From positions 91,450,001 to 91,514,000 of the forward strand of contig OZ038378.1 of assembly GCA_964036045.1 (NCBI GenBank): 64,000 nucleotides of DNA. Reading direction: 5' to 3'. Each line of letters opens with the position of its first letter. The stretch's first letter is position 1. Position numbers and translations under genes: made by a program. Under the pieces are notes generated by a model, which had not been told where the DNA came from, ran no database searches, and was given only the letters and a program-made list of their open reading frames with translations. Below, in pieces: positions 1 through 12,281 of this stretch. The stretch is from Eutreptiella sp. 'Long Island Sound 2002' (lineage: Eukaryota; Protista; Euglenida).

Positions 1-2438
1 GCAACCCCCCATTGACCTCATCTATCCCAACCCTAGCACAGAAAAAAATTTTACCACGGGAAACCATTCGGCCGAAACCAATCGAATCGGGCTGAAGCGA
101 AAGCTACTTGCTGATACGAAAAAAAGAGGTGATATGGAACACCTAGGGGAAGGAGGGGGGGGCAGAAAGAGAATCGTACAAAACAAGAGATAGGCAGTGC
201 AAATGTAGAAGACCATCCCACTACTCGTTGCTTTAGGATTCTCAACAATACCTTTTTTAGCGCCAAGAACGACGAAGAAGAGGACAATGGGAAGTTGCAT
301 CAATGTTCATGTGCTAATGTACTTGTTGGATGATTTCCTATTTTACTAAACGGCTAGATGGTGTCAATTATGGGGCAGCGGATTTGTTGTCCGGGGTAGG
401 ATAGATTTGATGACACAAAAATGCTGTGGTGAGGCTAAAGAAGGTGAGTTGGGGGTTGCAAGATTGTTGTTGAGCCCTTTCCATTGTGCATCACAATTGC
501 ATTGCATGCTATTGTTTTGCGCGGGATATTGTTTTTGCTTATTGTTTTTGCTTTGGCAATTCGCTTCGGGTTTACCGCGGTCCCATTAGTATTAGCCTTA
601 TGAGTTTTCATACGGATGTGACGTTTCATCACACACGCAATTTGGTTTTTCTCCTAGCAATACAAAATGCCCTTCTTTGGGCACCTCATGTTCTAAGCAG
701 CCAAGATTGTGCCTAGGTTTGTATTTGTCTTTGGCGGCCAGTTACGCACAACTTTTAAAAATGAAATTTTCCCGGCTCGGAAATTTGATAAAAACAGGCA
801 AGTTTTCACCCTCCACAGTTCATAAATTTTTGTTGTTGGGTTTTGACCAATGGTTTTGCCATTTTCGAAATACCCGGTTCATGCACACGTGTCACACAAG
901 GACAAGAGGAAAACAAATCAAGACATCATGCTCCAATTGGGTACAATAACGACCTGCCATGGGTCACCACTTCCAAATAGTATCAAATACGAGTCGGAAG
1001 TGCATAAAGCAACATTGGCAGGTAAATATAAATTGAAACAACTTGCCTGTAGGGACATGGCCCCTCCAGTGGGCACCAAAAACGATGAATTCGCATTCTA
1101 GCGTGCTGCAGCGCGCCTTTACAACTAAAACTAGCATCAATAGGGTCTGAAGTTCACTTTTGACGACAAAAGAGCTGTGCGCTGCGCTTTTCCTCCAGAA
1201 CATGAATCACAAGATTGCAGAGGAACACATACGTACCGGACAAGCATAACTTATTCTTAGTCTTACGGGTAGTAGCATTTGCCTGCCGCACACGCGAGTG
1301 GAATGGGCCCAGTGCCACCACTCTTTCCGTGAGACTGAGGACCTTGCCCTTTTTGGCAGGAGACTTCACGGCGGTAGGTTTCGGGTTTTTCTATGTGTAG
1401 CTGGCCTCGGGGCACTATAACCCTGCATGTCACATCATCGGAATCAGGGGGGTCCTTAGCATCCTGTGCTCCCTTGCCAACAACAAAGGTCTCAAAAATC
1501 TGAACCTCACCACGCAACAACCCCTTGCACACAGCATCGCATTCAATCACATAGATTGCATCGAACTCTTGCAGACACTCACAGATAGACAGCACTCAAG
1601 TAGCAAGCCTCATCTCCCGTTGCATGCAACACCGACATTATCCTCACACTCCAAGCAGGTTGCAAGTAGGGCAGGCGGGTAGGGCAATTGCGTAACACAC
1701 AACAGCCACATCGCCCGGTCCTCAGCATAGGGCATGTCCTACAGTACCCAAAGAACTAGTGACAGCGGCATGCTACATTTCGGTGTCTTTTGTAAGTAGT
1801 ACGCATAGTTTGGTACCCTACTACGCAGACGGTCGGGTATAGCAATGACACAAGTGCTCGGTGAATCGGTGCACATGTTGGGAGCCTTCAAACTCGTAGA
1901 CGTATAGCCACAAACTGACAACCACTGGTGGCCTCAAGGTTTCTGAATTGCTGCTTAGCAAATTTAGCAGCCACAATCTGTCCCGCAAACATAAGTGGGG
2001 TGCCCGTTTCAAGTGCAATTTCCAATAGCGGATACACATCAGATTCTCCCATATCATCCGGGATACCAACCACAATTTGCAACAACACACGGAACTCGGA
2101 GTAGTACACAGTCTTACAAATTCGCAAACGTACCACGGGCACGGGGGGGACGTCTCCTCGCTTTTAGACGCGACTCCCCCCCCCCAGTAGAAGTGGGCCG
2201 AAGGCCCCCAGGGGGGTGGCAGGGGGGCATTGGAGGGGGGGGTTCAGGGAGGGGCGATTGGGGGGGGGGGTTGCGAGGGTCGGCTGGGGTGGGGTCCAGG
2301 TGGGGCGGTTTGGGGTGGTGGGTTGGGGGGCGGGGGGGGGGGGCATCATTGCTCTCCATTTTGGACCCCAACACTCACTCTAAGCCGAGCCTCGGGTGAG
2401 AGCTAGGGCTCGGGGCAGGCTAGGGTTAGGGCTAGGGT

Positions 2439-2513
2439 CACCGAGCTGGTGGAACCAGTCTTGGTTTTATAACCCTTTTTAGTGTCTAGGGTGGACCTAC
2501 CAGGTTTAGCAGC

Positions 2514-2548
<35 letters not shown>

Positions 2549-3593
2549 GCACGCGCGAAATGGCTAAAAATCAGAATTCCGTCGTGGTGCTTCGGATTCG
2601 GGTGAAATTTTGGTGCATGATACCTATGCGTGTGAAGTACAATCACACAAAGTTTGAGCAAGAAACTCAACGGTGGCGGCCGGGAACAGGATTCGCAAGT
2701 GGCGGACCTCGGTTTCAAAAACTGCAGTTTAGGGCCAAAAATAGCCATTTTTGGGCCAAAAAAGCCCTGGAACCCATTCAAAACGGCCAAATGAAGGGGA
2801 ACGGTGGGTACACTCCACGCGCGGCTTGACTTCCCCGTGTCAACGAGCCCTTTGCGGCGCTCTCGCTCCATGATATGTCCCGAGAACGGCCCAAAAAGCC
2901 CGCAGAAGCTCCAAATTTTGTGTAGATTGGCTGTCGACAGCCACAAACCAAGAATAGGCCATATCTTTGGCTACATGGCTCAAAATGCGATTCCGAGGGC
3001 ACCTACTCCACCCGCAACCCCCCACTTTTGTGGTTTCCAGCCCTCAGAATTGCCCAAACGGACGCCTAGACCCCAATACCTAGCCCCACTAGGCCGCGGC
3101 AAGCTACAAGCTCAAGCCCAAACAGGTGGGTGCCCAAATGGGTCAACAGGGTCCAGTAGGGGCAAAATGATGACTTTTCTCAAAAATGATCCCAGACCAT
3201 GTGCGACGCTAAAACAAGTGTTTTTGGACCGTTTTGAGCTTGTGGTGGCCCATTTTGGTCCTCCGAAAATCCCAAAATGCCTTGAAAAAAGGCTGTTTTG
3301 GGACCAAAAATGGGTCAAAAATGGGTCAAAAACACATTTTTCCAAAACTCATCCTAGACCATTTGGGGTGCACAAACAGGTAAAATGAGCCCATTTTGAG
3401 CCCATTTTGGGGCATTTTGGCCCCTCAGAAGTCCAAAAAGCCTTGAAAGTGGGCCTTGTGGTGATGGGGTTCACTTGCAAGCTGATTTCACTTTGTCAAG
3501 AGCCATCAATGTGTGAATCATTCTTGATGTCCCTCACCAGTCATAGCTGATGTTCCCTCCCCCACCAGCTTGGTCCCAATATTCAGTCTTGAT
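2439..3593 (+). mobile_element. Helentron/DINE-1-like non-autonomous element inserted in a TTAGGG tract
   Basis: It has a 13-bp subterminal IR, accgagctggtgg (2440-2452) and ccaccagcttggt (3562-3574), 12/13 matching. An (AAGC/AGC)n microsatellite lies at ~2505-2550. The 3' end is ...cagtcttgat, there is no TSD, and the flanks are agggt | tagggtt. Confidence 0.65.
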
Positions 3594-3722
3594 TAGGGTT
3601 AGGGTTAGGGTTAGGGCTAGGGTTAGGGTCAAGGGTAAGGTTTGTGGGTAGGGTTAGGAGTAGGCTGAGGATTGGGGTGGGCGTTAGAGTCAAGGTTGGG
3701 TTCAAGGATAGTGTTGGGGTGC
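3594..3722 (+). repeat. Interstitial telomere-like (TTAGGG)n tract, degenerating rightwards; its left part is at ~2400-2438
   Basis: The sequence reads tagggttagggttagggttagggctagggttagggtc, followed by degenerate hexamers. Confidence 0.9.
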
Positions 3723-4059
3723 AAAGTGGACAAAATGGGCAAGGGGAATGAAAAAAAAAATTCGGGCGCCTTCGGCGCCACCATATGTATGGCCAGTAGC
3801 TGTTGACCCTTGGCAACTAAGTGGGCCCGGAGGGCAGGGAGGGGGGGGGGGGAGTCGCGTACCAGAACCGAGCAGACGTCCCCCCCGTGACCACGGGTGT
3901 GTTTTGCATGCCATGGTGTAGTTCAGAGTGCCCAGCTTTAAATTTGCACCAAAGGGTTGCTACATTGAAAGGTGCAATACAGACTTGTTGCGTATCACCC
4001 TCTCCCAATGCCAGTGCTCTCTCTTTGCCCCTAGTAGACGTGCTCAAGGTAGATCATGC

Positions 4060-5549
4060 AACCCGTTTTCCCACAATAATACGAAAGGATTCCCATTCAT
4101 GACCGGACCAAATTGGAACATTTGGCAATTGCATCCTAGCTGGGCCACGGACTGGCTTCGGACCACACCCACTTACCGAGATCCACTTTGTTGGCACCAG
4201 GCTTATCTTTTGGCAAACGCTTTACCTTTTCCAACTCCTCATGACTACCTAAAGCATTACACTGTTGCAAGAGGAACCAGTAAATCAGCACACGACTGCA
4301 CGTCGACAGCGGCTACTATAGTAACATATGCCTAGATTCATTCAGCATGGGGTTCTCCGTATGCAAAAACACCATGTCCCATGTGCAATACCTTTTGATA
4401 CTGCCAAGTAGGGCACATAGCCCACCAGATGTGCACCCCGCAAAAGTCATGTGTGTCAAAATCTCTCCAAGGGTATCACGACCAAGACCCACGATACCCC
4501 TCATTGAAAAAGGGGGCAAGATGTGTCATGTGGAAAGTAAAAATCCGTTCACAATCGAGAAAATGCGCTACAACGAGTAAAATTTGGCAGGCGGGCAAAA
4601 ATCATCACAATTTCACCACTTTTAGTCTCAATGGCATCCACACTTGGGCCGGCACGCTTAGCAGCCCATTACACAAAAGATACAATTGGTTTCCAAGTTT
4701 CGTAGAGGTTATCTTGTGTTAGTGCGCGCATAAACAACGAACTAAGAACAGTGACGGTAAATCAGGGTAACCATTAACCAACACACAATGCAACGGTTGA
4801 AAATCCCGGCTTGCCACACTCACATAGAGCAGTACCAAGAGCTGACTTGGGGCCATCACAAATGTGCATTTCAGTGTCTAGGCAACGGCAGACGTGTCCG
4901 ATAGTTAGACTAGTAGTAGCATGCTGTATTGAATTCTGATCGTCAAAAATCATTGGCCGTGATTCCAGGGGACATTCACCACTTCCACCATCACATTGCT
5001 CAGCCAGTTAGGCGCCCCTTTGCCACACTTCACAGCATCCTTGCACATATCAACCAGAGCAGATGACACATGCTAGCCCCGAAATACCCAGTAATTCCCA
5101 GCTACAAAAAACGGTGCATGTGGTGGCAATAGAACAACAAAAGCGCGATGCAACACACGAACGAGACGCACGAGATTCGCTAGATGAGTTCAACAGCACA
5201 AACAAAATTAGCACACCCCAGCATCCAACCAGCACATCACAAAGATAGGTCGAGTTCGGGGGTTGGCCTACGGGTTCTCCCGTAGTAGCACCACCACTTT
5301 TGGGTCTCGGGTCCTGGCCTGCCCATGGTGTACGCTGCCATCAAACCTCACTTTGCATACTGGTACTTTTCGTAGGTCCTTGTGTACCCATTTCACAGGT
5401 CGGTCTTCTTTTAGTAAACCATGATACTTTCTTTTGGTACTGGCCTTTGTGGCCCCTAGGGACTTGGGCGCGACTTGGCTCAAGGAGAGATCCTCGTCGA
5501 TTGTACCCTCCAATAGGTGAGCTAAATGGGTAGGTTGTCCACTCAACAT
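4060..5549 (-). pseudogene. Element A accessory ORF-B (unknown function)
   Basis: WVHKDLRKVPVCKVRFDGSVHHGQARTRD aligns to B WIKKELVKIQLTKIKFDTDLTRGQTRERD. PFSMRGIVGLGRDTLGEILTHM...IKRYCTWDMVFL aligns to B PYTLRPLTGLHSDQMDEILLYM...LKRDRLWEMLYL. HEELEKV...DLGKWVWS aligns to B HEMQRVL...SLGKWT*S. Multiple stops and frameshifts. Confidence 0.8.
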
Positions 5550-6289
5550 TACACAGCAGGGGTCTTATCAAAAAGCAGGTGACATACTCAGGATTACGAA
5601 TTTCCCCCAAAACAAGCGATTGGCAGTTCCCATGAGCAGATTAACAGTGGCAACTCAAACTAGGCTTCAAAACCCTTCATCAGCAACACTACCCTCATCG
5701 AGGTCCAATAGAGACTGTGTGTTGACGCCTTGTCCAACACGTCACCTTGCCACCCCTTCCGTCTCCCTCCCACTGTGTACACACATGCGCGCCTGTTGAC
5801 GGACACTCTGCACCGCCCCGGCGCCCCTGCGGTCAAATAACGCTGCACTGCGTTACTTTCTGCCAAGCATGTCCTCATGATAGGAATGTGATTATGTTAG
5901 TGGGCATCTGTTCGAAGGGGCACATGAGTGTCCAAAGTGGCAGTAAAGGCCTCATTGACCGAACTAGGGGAAACCAAAATTTGCAAACATTCCAAGCCCG
6001 GATCTGAAAAGTGGGAGCGGTCAATAGGTTGCGATAGTGGTAGTGGAAAGGAAAAGTCTTCAAGCCATAGCCAAAAAGGTAGAGGCCTTAGATTTTTGCG
6101 CTGCAGCGCGCAAACGGAACAATATCCCGCCTCACAACTTGTATGTGGGCCCATTACATTACGCTCAACCAAAGGCACGCTATCAGCGGGACTACTGGCC
6201 TGCAGCCTATCGTGCTCCTTCATACTAGCACGTGTCACCGACACAAACTAATCGAAACATTGCTCAACGGATGCCACAGCCACGTTGCA

Positions 6290-7883
6290 AGCGAGGCGGT
6301 GTACAGCACAACTAACTAATGCCTCACACGGCTCCTCTTGGAATTGCTGTGGTGGTGAGCCGTCATGCCACTGGAACCACGGTAGGAGAGCAACTATAAT
6401 GGACCTTACATACTCAACGTGCTACTCCTTAGGCATACCCAAGTGCGTGATTATTTGCAGACTCCCATCCAACATGTCTCATACATTTTGGCCAGTGGCC
6501 CCACCCCAATAAGACTCTCAAAAATGGGTACGAGCGAAAAATAGGGAAGGCACGTACTCATAGAGAAACATCTTCAGAGTATTCAGTTGGGATAGTTGCA
6601 GCTCAGTTGCAACGGAGTGCGGCCTGGCCCGCCTAGAAATAGCCGCAACCTGCAGATTTAGCATGTCCCACACTTTATCAACAACAACCGGCAGGGAGCC
6701 AAATAGCCTATCGTTGAAAATCAGTGTGTGTGACGTGGGTAACTCATATTCTTCACGCAATTTGCCATAAACAACATACATCACAAACAGGAAGGCTACA
6801 GAATAACAACTCGTTACGACATACTTTTGGGGGTGCCATATGGCATACAGGGAGAGGTATCTGGCCTCGGAAGCGGCCTAAGGTCCACCGTGCATATGAC
6901 TGCCCATAGAAAATCGTACAAATGTGGTAAAAAATGTTCTCATCAACAAGAACAGGCACAATGCAGCCCGTGTGATGTTGTACTTCCCGCAACATGTGGA
7001 GAAGCTGTACCAACTACCTATGTACACCAACCACCAGTTGTGACAATAGAAATGCTCTCCATGGGAAGCTGCCTACACGCCTCCAGCTCGCATCAAGTGG
7101 GTAACGGGTGTCCTTCAGTGGTTACTGGCTTGGCAGCAATAGTCTGAACAATACTGCAAAACTGACGACGATTGTGCCGCAATACACTCGAAACATCCCC
7201 AACACGGCTCAGGAGGGCAAAACGTGAGGGAAAACCCGTATACATGTCTAGCGGCCGAGGCATAGGGACCATGGTAGCAACTGTGGAATCCAAGGAGATA
7301 TCAGCAGACCCGAGCAGAGGTCACAAACACCACCTGCAAAAATTGTCCATCCAGAGTAGAAGTTGTGACCCACATAATAGCTCCCACAACGGTGCGGCTA
7401 CACCAAAAGCCTGACGAGCCTAGGGGCCAACCCTGGCAGCACAGGCTCCAGCTTTGCTCAAGAGACGCCGTTCTTTGGGGCCAATCCCACTCACTGTCTC
7501 CAATGGAGGCTTGGACTCAGGCAAGCAATGTGCATGTGTCAGTCTCCAAAGATTGAAAGTTGCTTGTAGGCTTTAGCTCCACCGCTGCAGGGCTGTGAAT
7601 CCCATTTGGACTTGTTTCCTCTGCCGCAAAAACTAATATCACCCAATGTATATCTAGAGCACGCATCCCCCTGCAACTGAAGCGACCAACTGACCGATTC
7701 CCCAGCAACAATGCTTGGCAGTGCGGCATCTGCCACATCATCGGCAGAGGTGAAAAGCAGTTGTACCAAGAACTCACGTAATGGTACAGGATCTGTGGCC
7801 CATGACAGTACCCATCTCAGCAAGCCGTACACAAAGTATTGTGAGTACTGCAGCGTGCAGTCAATGGAGTTCAATGCAACCAA
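6290..7883 (-). pseudogene. Element A DDE-like transposase (degenerate)
   Basis: Motifs PLREFLV, WMDNF, RPLD..FPS, VLVDENIFY, YAIWHPQKY and VEYVRSII...EEPCEALV are collinear with the B transposase motifs PFRQFLI, WFDKF, RPVD..FPS, LLVDENIHY, YGTWHPYKY and VEYVRTIV...KEPCEALL. Confidence 0.85.
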
Positions 7884-8489
7884 TGACCATCGTTGTCACA
7901 AAAGCCATCATCTTTGTGTGGATCATGTGATTTGAGAATTCAAACATAAATGTGTGTGCCCCAAAAACAAATTGGAAGAAATACACACACAAAGCAATTT
8001 TACACAAATAAACTGCGCTGGAGCGCAGTGCAATCAAACAATGAATTCAAATACACACCATATCGGTGATGAATGACCAATCAAAATCGAGTCTCCCGAA
8101 GGACACGTGTGCAACACAGAGAGGGGCATGAAACTCAAGAGATTTTGAAAAAGCGTGTCGCAACCCAATTTTGGGTTGGAAAAGGGTTTTGAAATACCTA
8201 TGCAACCATTGGCCAAACAAGCAATTTAAAAAAAGGCACTGTAGTGGATTGGATGTACAAATCCTGGCAATACCCCCCCCCCTCCAATGCAAATACACCC
8301 AGCTAGCGGCAATGTCGGAATGGTCTTTTGTTTTGCATGTTTTTTGTTTTGCTCCCCCCCCCTAACTATCCATATTGCGGATTGTGTAGGTTGTTACGTT
8401 ACCGCGATCCCATTCAGAAACACCAGTGCTTGTGTAGCTGCAAAATGATTGTCAAATCTAGTATTGAAAGCCATGGGAATGTGATACAA

Positions 8490-10315
8490 CTTTTTTTGAC
8501 CCCATATCTGCCATTTGCCCCCCACCGACTCGGTCCCAATGATCAGTCTTGATGAGGGCTACAAATTCAGGAGAGAAACTATTGTGCCAAGATGAGGGTA
8601 CCAAATGCCGGTGTTTTCCCATCATGAATGGAACATCCAAACAATGCAAAAGAGCCATTGAGGCGCCATATTTCAAAGAGAGAAGGGGGGGACGCTATGA
8701 GGACTTCCATGGCGTCCATGTCTAGTTAAAGACCACCTAATGGCTTAACAATTCAATTTAGCTGGCAACAAGCAAGCAGGCCACAAGCAAGCAAGCAAGC
8801 AACAACAAGCAAAAATTATTACTTTCATACTGTTGCAAAATTGAACCATTTCTTTTAACATTGATGTGCATGTCAAATGGCAACTTGTCTGAACTTGGTT
8901 CCCAAAACAAAGTCAGTGGTGGCTCTCATTGGCCAAAAAAGTGGTAAAAAGTAGCTATTCCCTGTAAGCTTTTGATCATTTCATCTTGAAAGTTCAAGAC
9001 GAAGCGTGCTATGCCAAGCTAGTGTTTGCAAACGGAACTAATGTTTTTTTTTTTATCAATAGGACATCAATGCGATGCAAATGTGCGATGTTGAAGATTG
9101 TAGCATTGTGCCATGGGCATTTTGGTGCCAAGAAATAGCTCCTTTCCGTCTAACTTTGGGCACCGATGGCCGGAAACCAAGGATAGACCCCGTACTAGTG
9201 CTAATTATGTGGCAACAAGCTGCAAGCTCGAGCCCAATCACATGGGCACCCAAAGAGGTCAACATGGTCCACCGGGGGGAAAAAAACACGTTTTTCGAAA
9301 AATGATCATAGATCATGTCGGATGCCAAGAAAATTGGTTTTAGATCATTTACAGCTTGGATGGCCCGTTTTCAACCCCCTGAAAGTTCCAAACTGCCTTG
9401 AAAATGGGCCAATGTGGGACCAACATTCGGCAAAAGATGGGTCAAAAAATATCTTTCCAAAATTGATCATACACAATTTGGGATGCAAGGGAGATAAGCC
9501 CACTGTGAGCCCGCTTTGAGCCCTTTGGGCTCATGGAAAATGCAAAACGGCCTTCATTCAAAGGTGAGGAGGAGGAGCACGGAGGACATGAGGACTTTAC
9601 CTGGCATCCATGTGTAGTTACGTCCCCTCAACGTAATAATAAATCAGCTCCAAGCAAGCAACAAAGCAAGCAAGCAACAAGCCCCCAACAATACTTATTT
9701 CTCCGACATACCGTTGCAAAATGGAATCATTGCTTTTGCATATTGATAGGCATATCAAGAGGCAACCTTTCCCCAACTGGCCTCCCAAACCAAGGCATTG
9801 GCCAAAGAAGTGGTACAAATGGCCAGTTTCTGCCAATTTCGGACATTTCCTTCTCAAAAACCAGGATGGAAGGTGTTGTGCCAAGATGGTGTTACCGAAT
9901 CGCGCCATTGGTTTCTTGCAATGAATGGGACATAAACGGGATGCACATGAGCCATTGAGGAGCCATATTGCAAGCTGGCATTCTATCAAAGCAGCATTTT
10001 GGTGGTGCAAAACAGCTATTCTAGGGTTAGGGTGACCGAGCTGGTGGAACAAGTCTTGGTTTTATAACCGGTTTTAGTGTCCCGGGTGGACCTACCAGGT
10101 TTAGCAAGCCAGCAAGCAGCAAGCATCAGCAAGCAAGCACACGCGAAATGGGCAAAAATCACAACTCCGTCGTGGTGCTGCGGATTGGGCCAAATTGATG
10201 AATGATATGTATGGATGTGAGGGACAGTCACACAAAGTATGAGCCGGGAACTCAACTGTGGCGGCCGGGGAACAGGTGACGCAAGTGGGGAACATGGGTT
10301 TCAAAGTCTGTTTGA
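8490..10315 (+). repeat. Mosaic of fragments of the Helentron-like family and a related AAGC-microsatellite repeat
   Basis: 8522-8553 resembles the 3' end of 2439-3593. 9280-9530 resembles 3170-3450. 8765-9030 resembles 9640-9880, and 8590-8680 resembles 9880-9975. 10034-10315 is a 5' head copy preceded by ctagggttagggt. Confidence 0.75.
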
Positions 10316-10722
10316 TAGGTTTGAGTTCACCTGTAAGCACGTGCTACCGGGGCTATGCTTTACCGCAAACTGTGTCTGGAGACCAAAACTGGGGGGTTTC
10401 CGAGAAGACAGTCAGGTATACATCGTCACGGCGCCATGATGAGAGCGCGCTAGCCATGCGACATAAAATACCACAAACAAGGAAAGAGAAACCAGCATAG
10501 TCTGTGAATAGTTCAGGGTGACCCAGAACCCCCCAGTTTCTGGCCAAGCGTTTTTGGATGCACAAAAATCGCCGCAGCACCTGCAGCCTGGTTAGGCTTG
10601 TTGCCGTATCAATGCTAAACCATTTGCCAAACAGTGTTTGCCACCGTTGCACATGCAAAGGAAAGGCAGGTAGAGGGAGGGAGGAGAGAGGGAAGGGAGG
10701 GAGGGAAGAAGAAGCTTCAGAC

Positions 10723-10874
10723 CTTTCTCGAGTGTCCCTCATCTGCTGCTTGAGCTCATCAATCTTCTGTTCGTAATGCTGCCGCACGTCCTTCTCAATC
10801 TCCTTTTTGGTGAGATCCAGAGCCTGGCTGTGCTTCTTCGTCAGGTCATCAATTGTTGCCTCCAATTCTGCCAC
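10723..10874 (-). other. Isolated candidate exon encoding a coiled coil (VAELEATIDDLTKKHSQ...RDTRER)
   Basis: A 152-bp open frame lies between the acceptor ttcttcag and the donor GTCTGA. It has heptad-like composition. No partner exon was identified. Confidence 0.45.
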
Positions 10875-12281
10875 CTGAAGAAATACAACTTACTGCTTTG
10901 TAACATGTAGTGCAGCAAAGACATTGCCTCCAAAGCAGGACCAATTTCGCGGTGACTGGGGCACTTTCAGAGCAACAAACCTGTGGACCTTGGAGCCTTG
11001 TTCCAGAGCTCCAGCGTCCCATTTCCGAACGGCTCAAAGCTCCATCTCCCTCCCACAATTGAAGGTGTTTGATAATCAAGGGACGGCTCTACCTGCCGTT
11101 GTCAAGCCAGGCTGCGCTTCAGGAACCACAGTTTTTGGCAAAAAAAAAAACAAACAACTAAGGGCCACCCTCTGGGACATGCTCCGCTGGCGCACGTGGC
11201 GCCCATCATGCGCAATGAAACGAAAACAGGAAAGATGACAGGATTTCAGTTGAATGGCCCTGGCCATGACCACACCCATGTGCATGAATGTCTGCAAAGT
11301 CCTTCCTGCGTACAGTGGCAGTGACACTCCAATACGCAATTGTGTGTGATTGGGAGGTGGCGTAAGAAAACACCAGCTTTGAGTTTCAGCAGAGGATCAA
11401 CAGGCATCAATATGATTAGATGGCCAAACTCCTAATTGGGGGACCCAGTTTTGCAGAGTTTTGACCCATGGTATTTGCCACAACCCTTGAAAATGTGGCT
11501 GAACCTCAACAACGGTGGCAAGTTACCGGCCAAACGCCATGAGAAAGGGCATGTGAACTCACAAGTAGCACAGCCCTGGGGTTCACCGTGTTTCCGGGGA
11601 TCAGATGGGGCTGCCAGGGCCGCTCAGCGATCTCTCAGCACGGCGGCCAACCTCAACACTGAAGGTTGTCTCGTCTGAGGGGGATGGTGATTAGTTGTGA
11701 TACATTTGGCCACCCTGACGCGGGTGCCCAGGATGCATTGCAAGGGGAGGGGGCCGGAGGTTAAGAGATGTCTGGAGTGGTTTGGAAGGTGGTTGGATGC
11801 CAAAGAGAGACAAGCAGGGGGGAGGGGGGGTTGAAAACGTACGGCTACAAACCCCAAGAGCACCGCAGTCATATCACAAGCTGTCATGAAAGACACCTCA
11901 CACATTCACACTGCACTTGCTTGTGTGACAGCGGGGCATGTATCATAGTGCATACGCAACACCACACTGAGCCATGTGCGAGGGAGCATGGCACCCCTCG
12001 AGGGACCCCATGGAACCAAGCAATGGGAGTATGACTTCTAACCTGATAGTAGGAAACTTCAAATTGCTGTTGTCAATATTCCTGCAAAGGAAACAATTTA
12101 TCAACAGCAAACAAAGCACCAAATACTTCATAGAGAGAAAGCTGCGTACAATGGTGCGAATTTAGCGCAAAGGGCACGAGCTCAAACAGTGATGGACCCA
12201 CGCTGACGTGTAGCTAGACACATTCTGCAGCAGGGTAATGCAAATGTGGAAGGGGGTGCAGCACGCTTCTCACCCTGTTGT

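Larger units (their letters stand above)
2140..3889. mobile_element. MITE with ~46-bp TIRs (CACGGGGGGGACGTCT...) and 8-bp TSD ACCACGGG
   Basis: The TSD accacggg lies at 2132-2139 and 3890-3897. The left end cacgggggggacgtctcctcgcttttagacgcgactccc matches the reverse complement of the right end. An 8-bp TSD is typical of hAT/P-type elements, but the superfamily is not provable here. Confidence 0.9.
1263..4047 (-). pseudogene. Element A accessory ORF-C (unknown function), split by MITE 2140-3889
   Basis: Removing the MITE and one TSD joins ...HHGMQNTPVV to RLRICKTVYY in frame. Segments YPLLEIA, AAKFAKQQFRNLEATSGCQF, HVHRFTE and IPDRLRSRVPN align to B ORF-C HPLVLKV, DVKFLVNQLRDSEECGGWQY, PTYRFEE and VPDKFRVKVPN. 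Frameshifted; the left limit is approximate. Confidence 0.75.
729..8300 (-). mobile_element. Element A: degenerate multi-ORF DNA transposon, same family as B; right end not resolved
   Basis: 729-749 ctttggcggccagttacgcac matches the B terminus cttaggcggctctatacgcac at 16/21. It contains homologs of all three B ORFs in the same order and on the same strand. The right boundary is approximate and appears overwritten by the repeat cluster at ~8400. Confidence 0.7.

Noticed and set aside
11330-11460. GIY-YIG/Penelope-like hint (YAIVCD...ENTSFEFQQRINRH)
   Set aside because: It is too short, contains stops, lacks the YIG core and has no adjacent Penelope RT.
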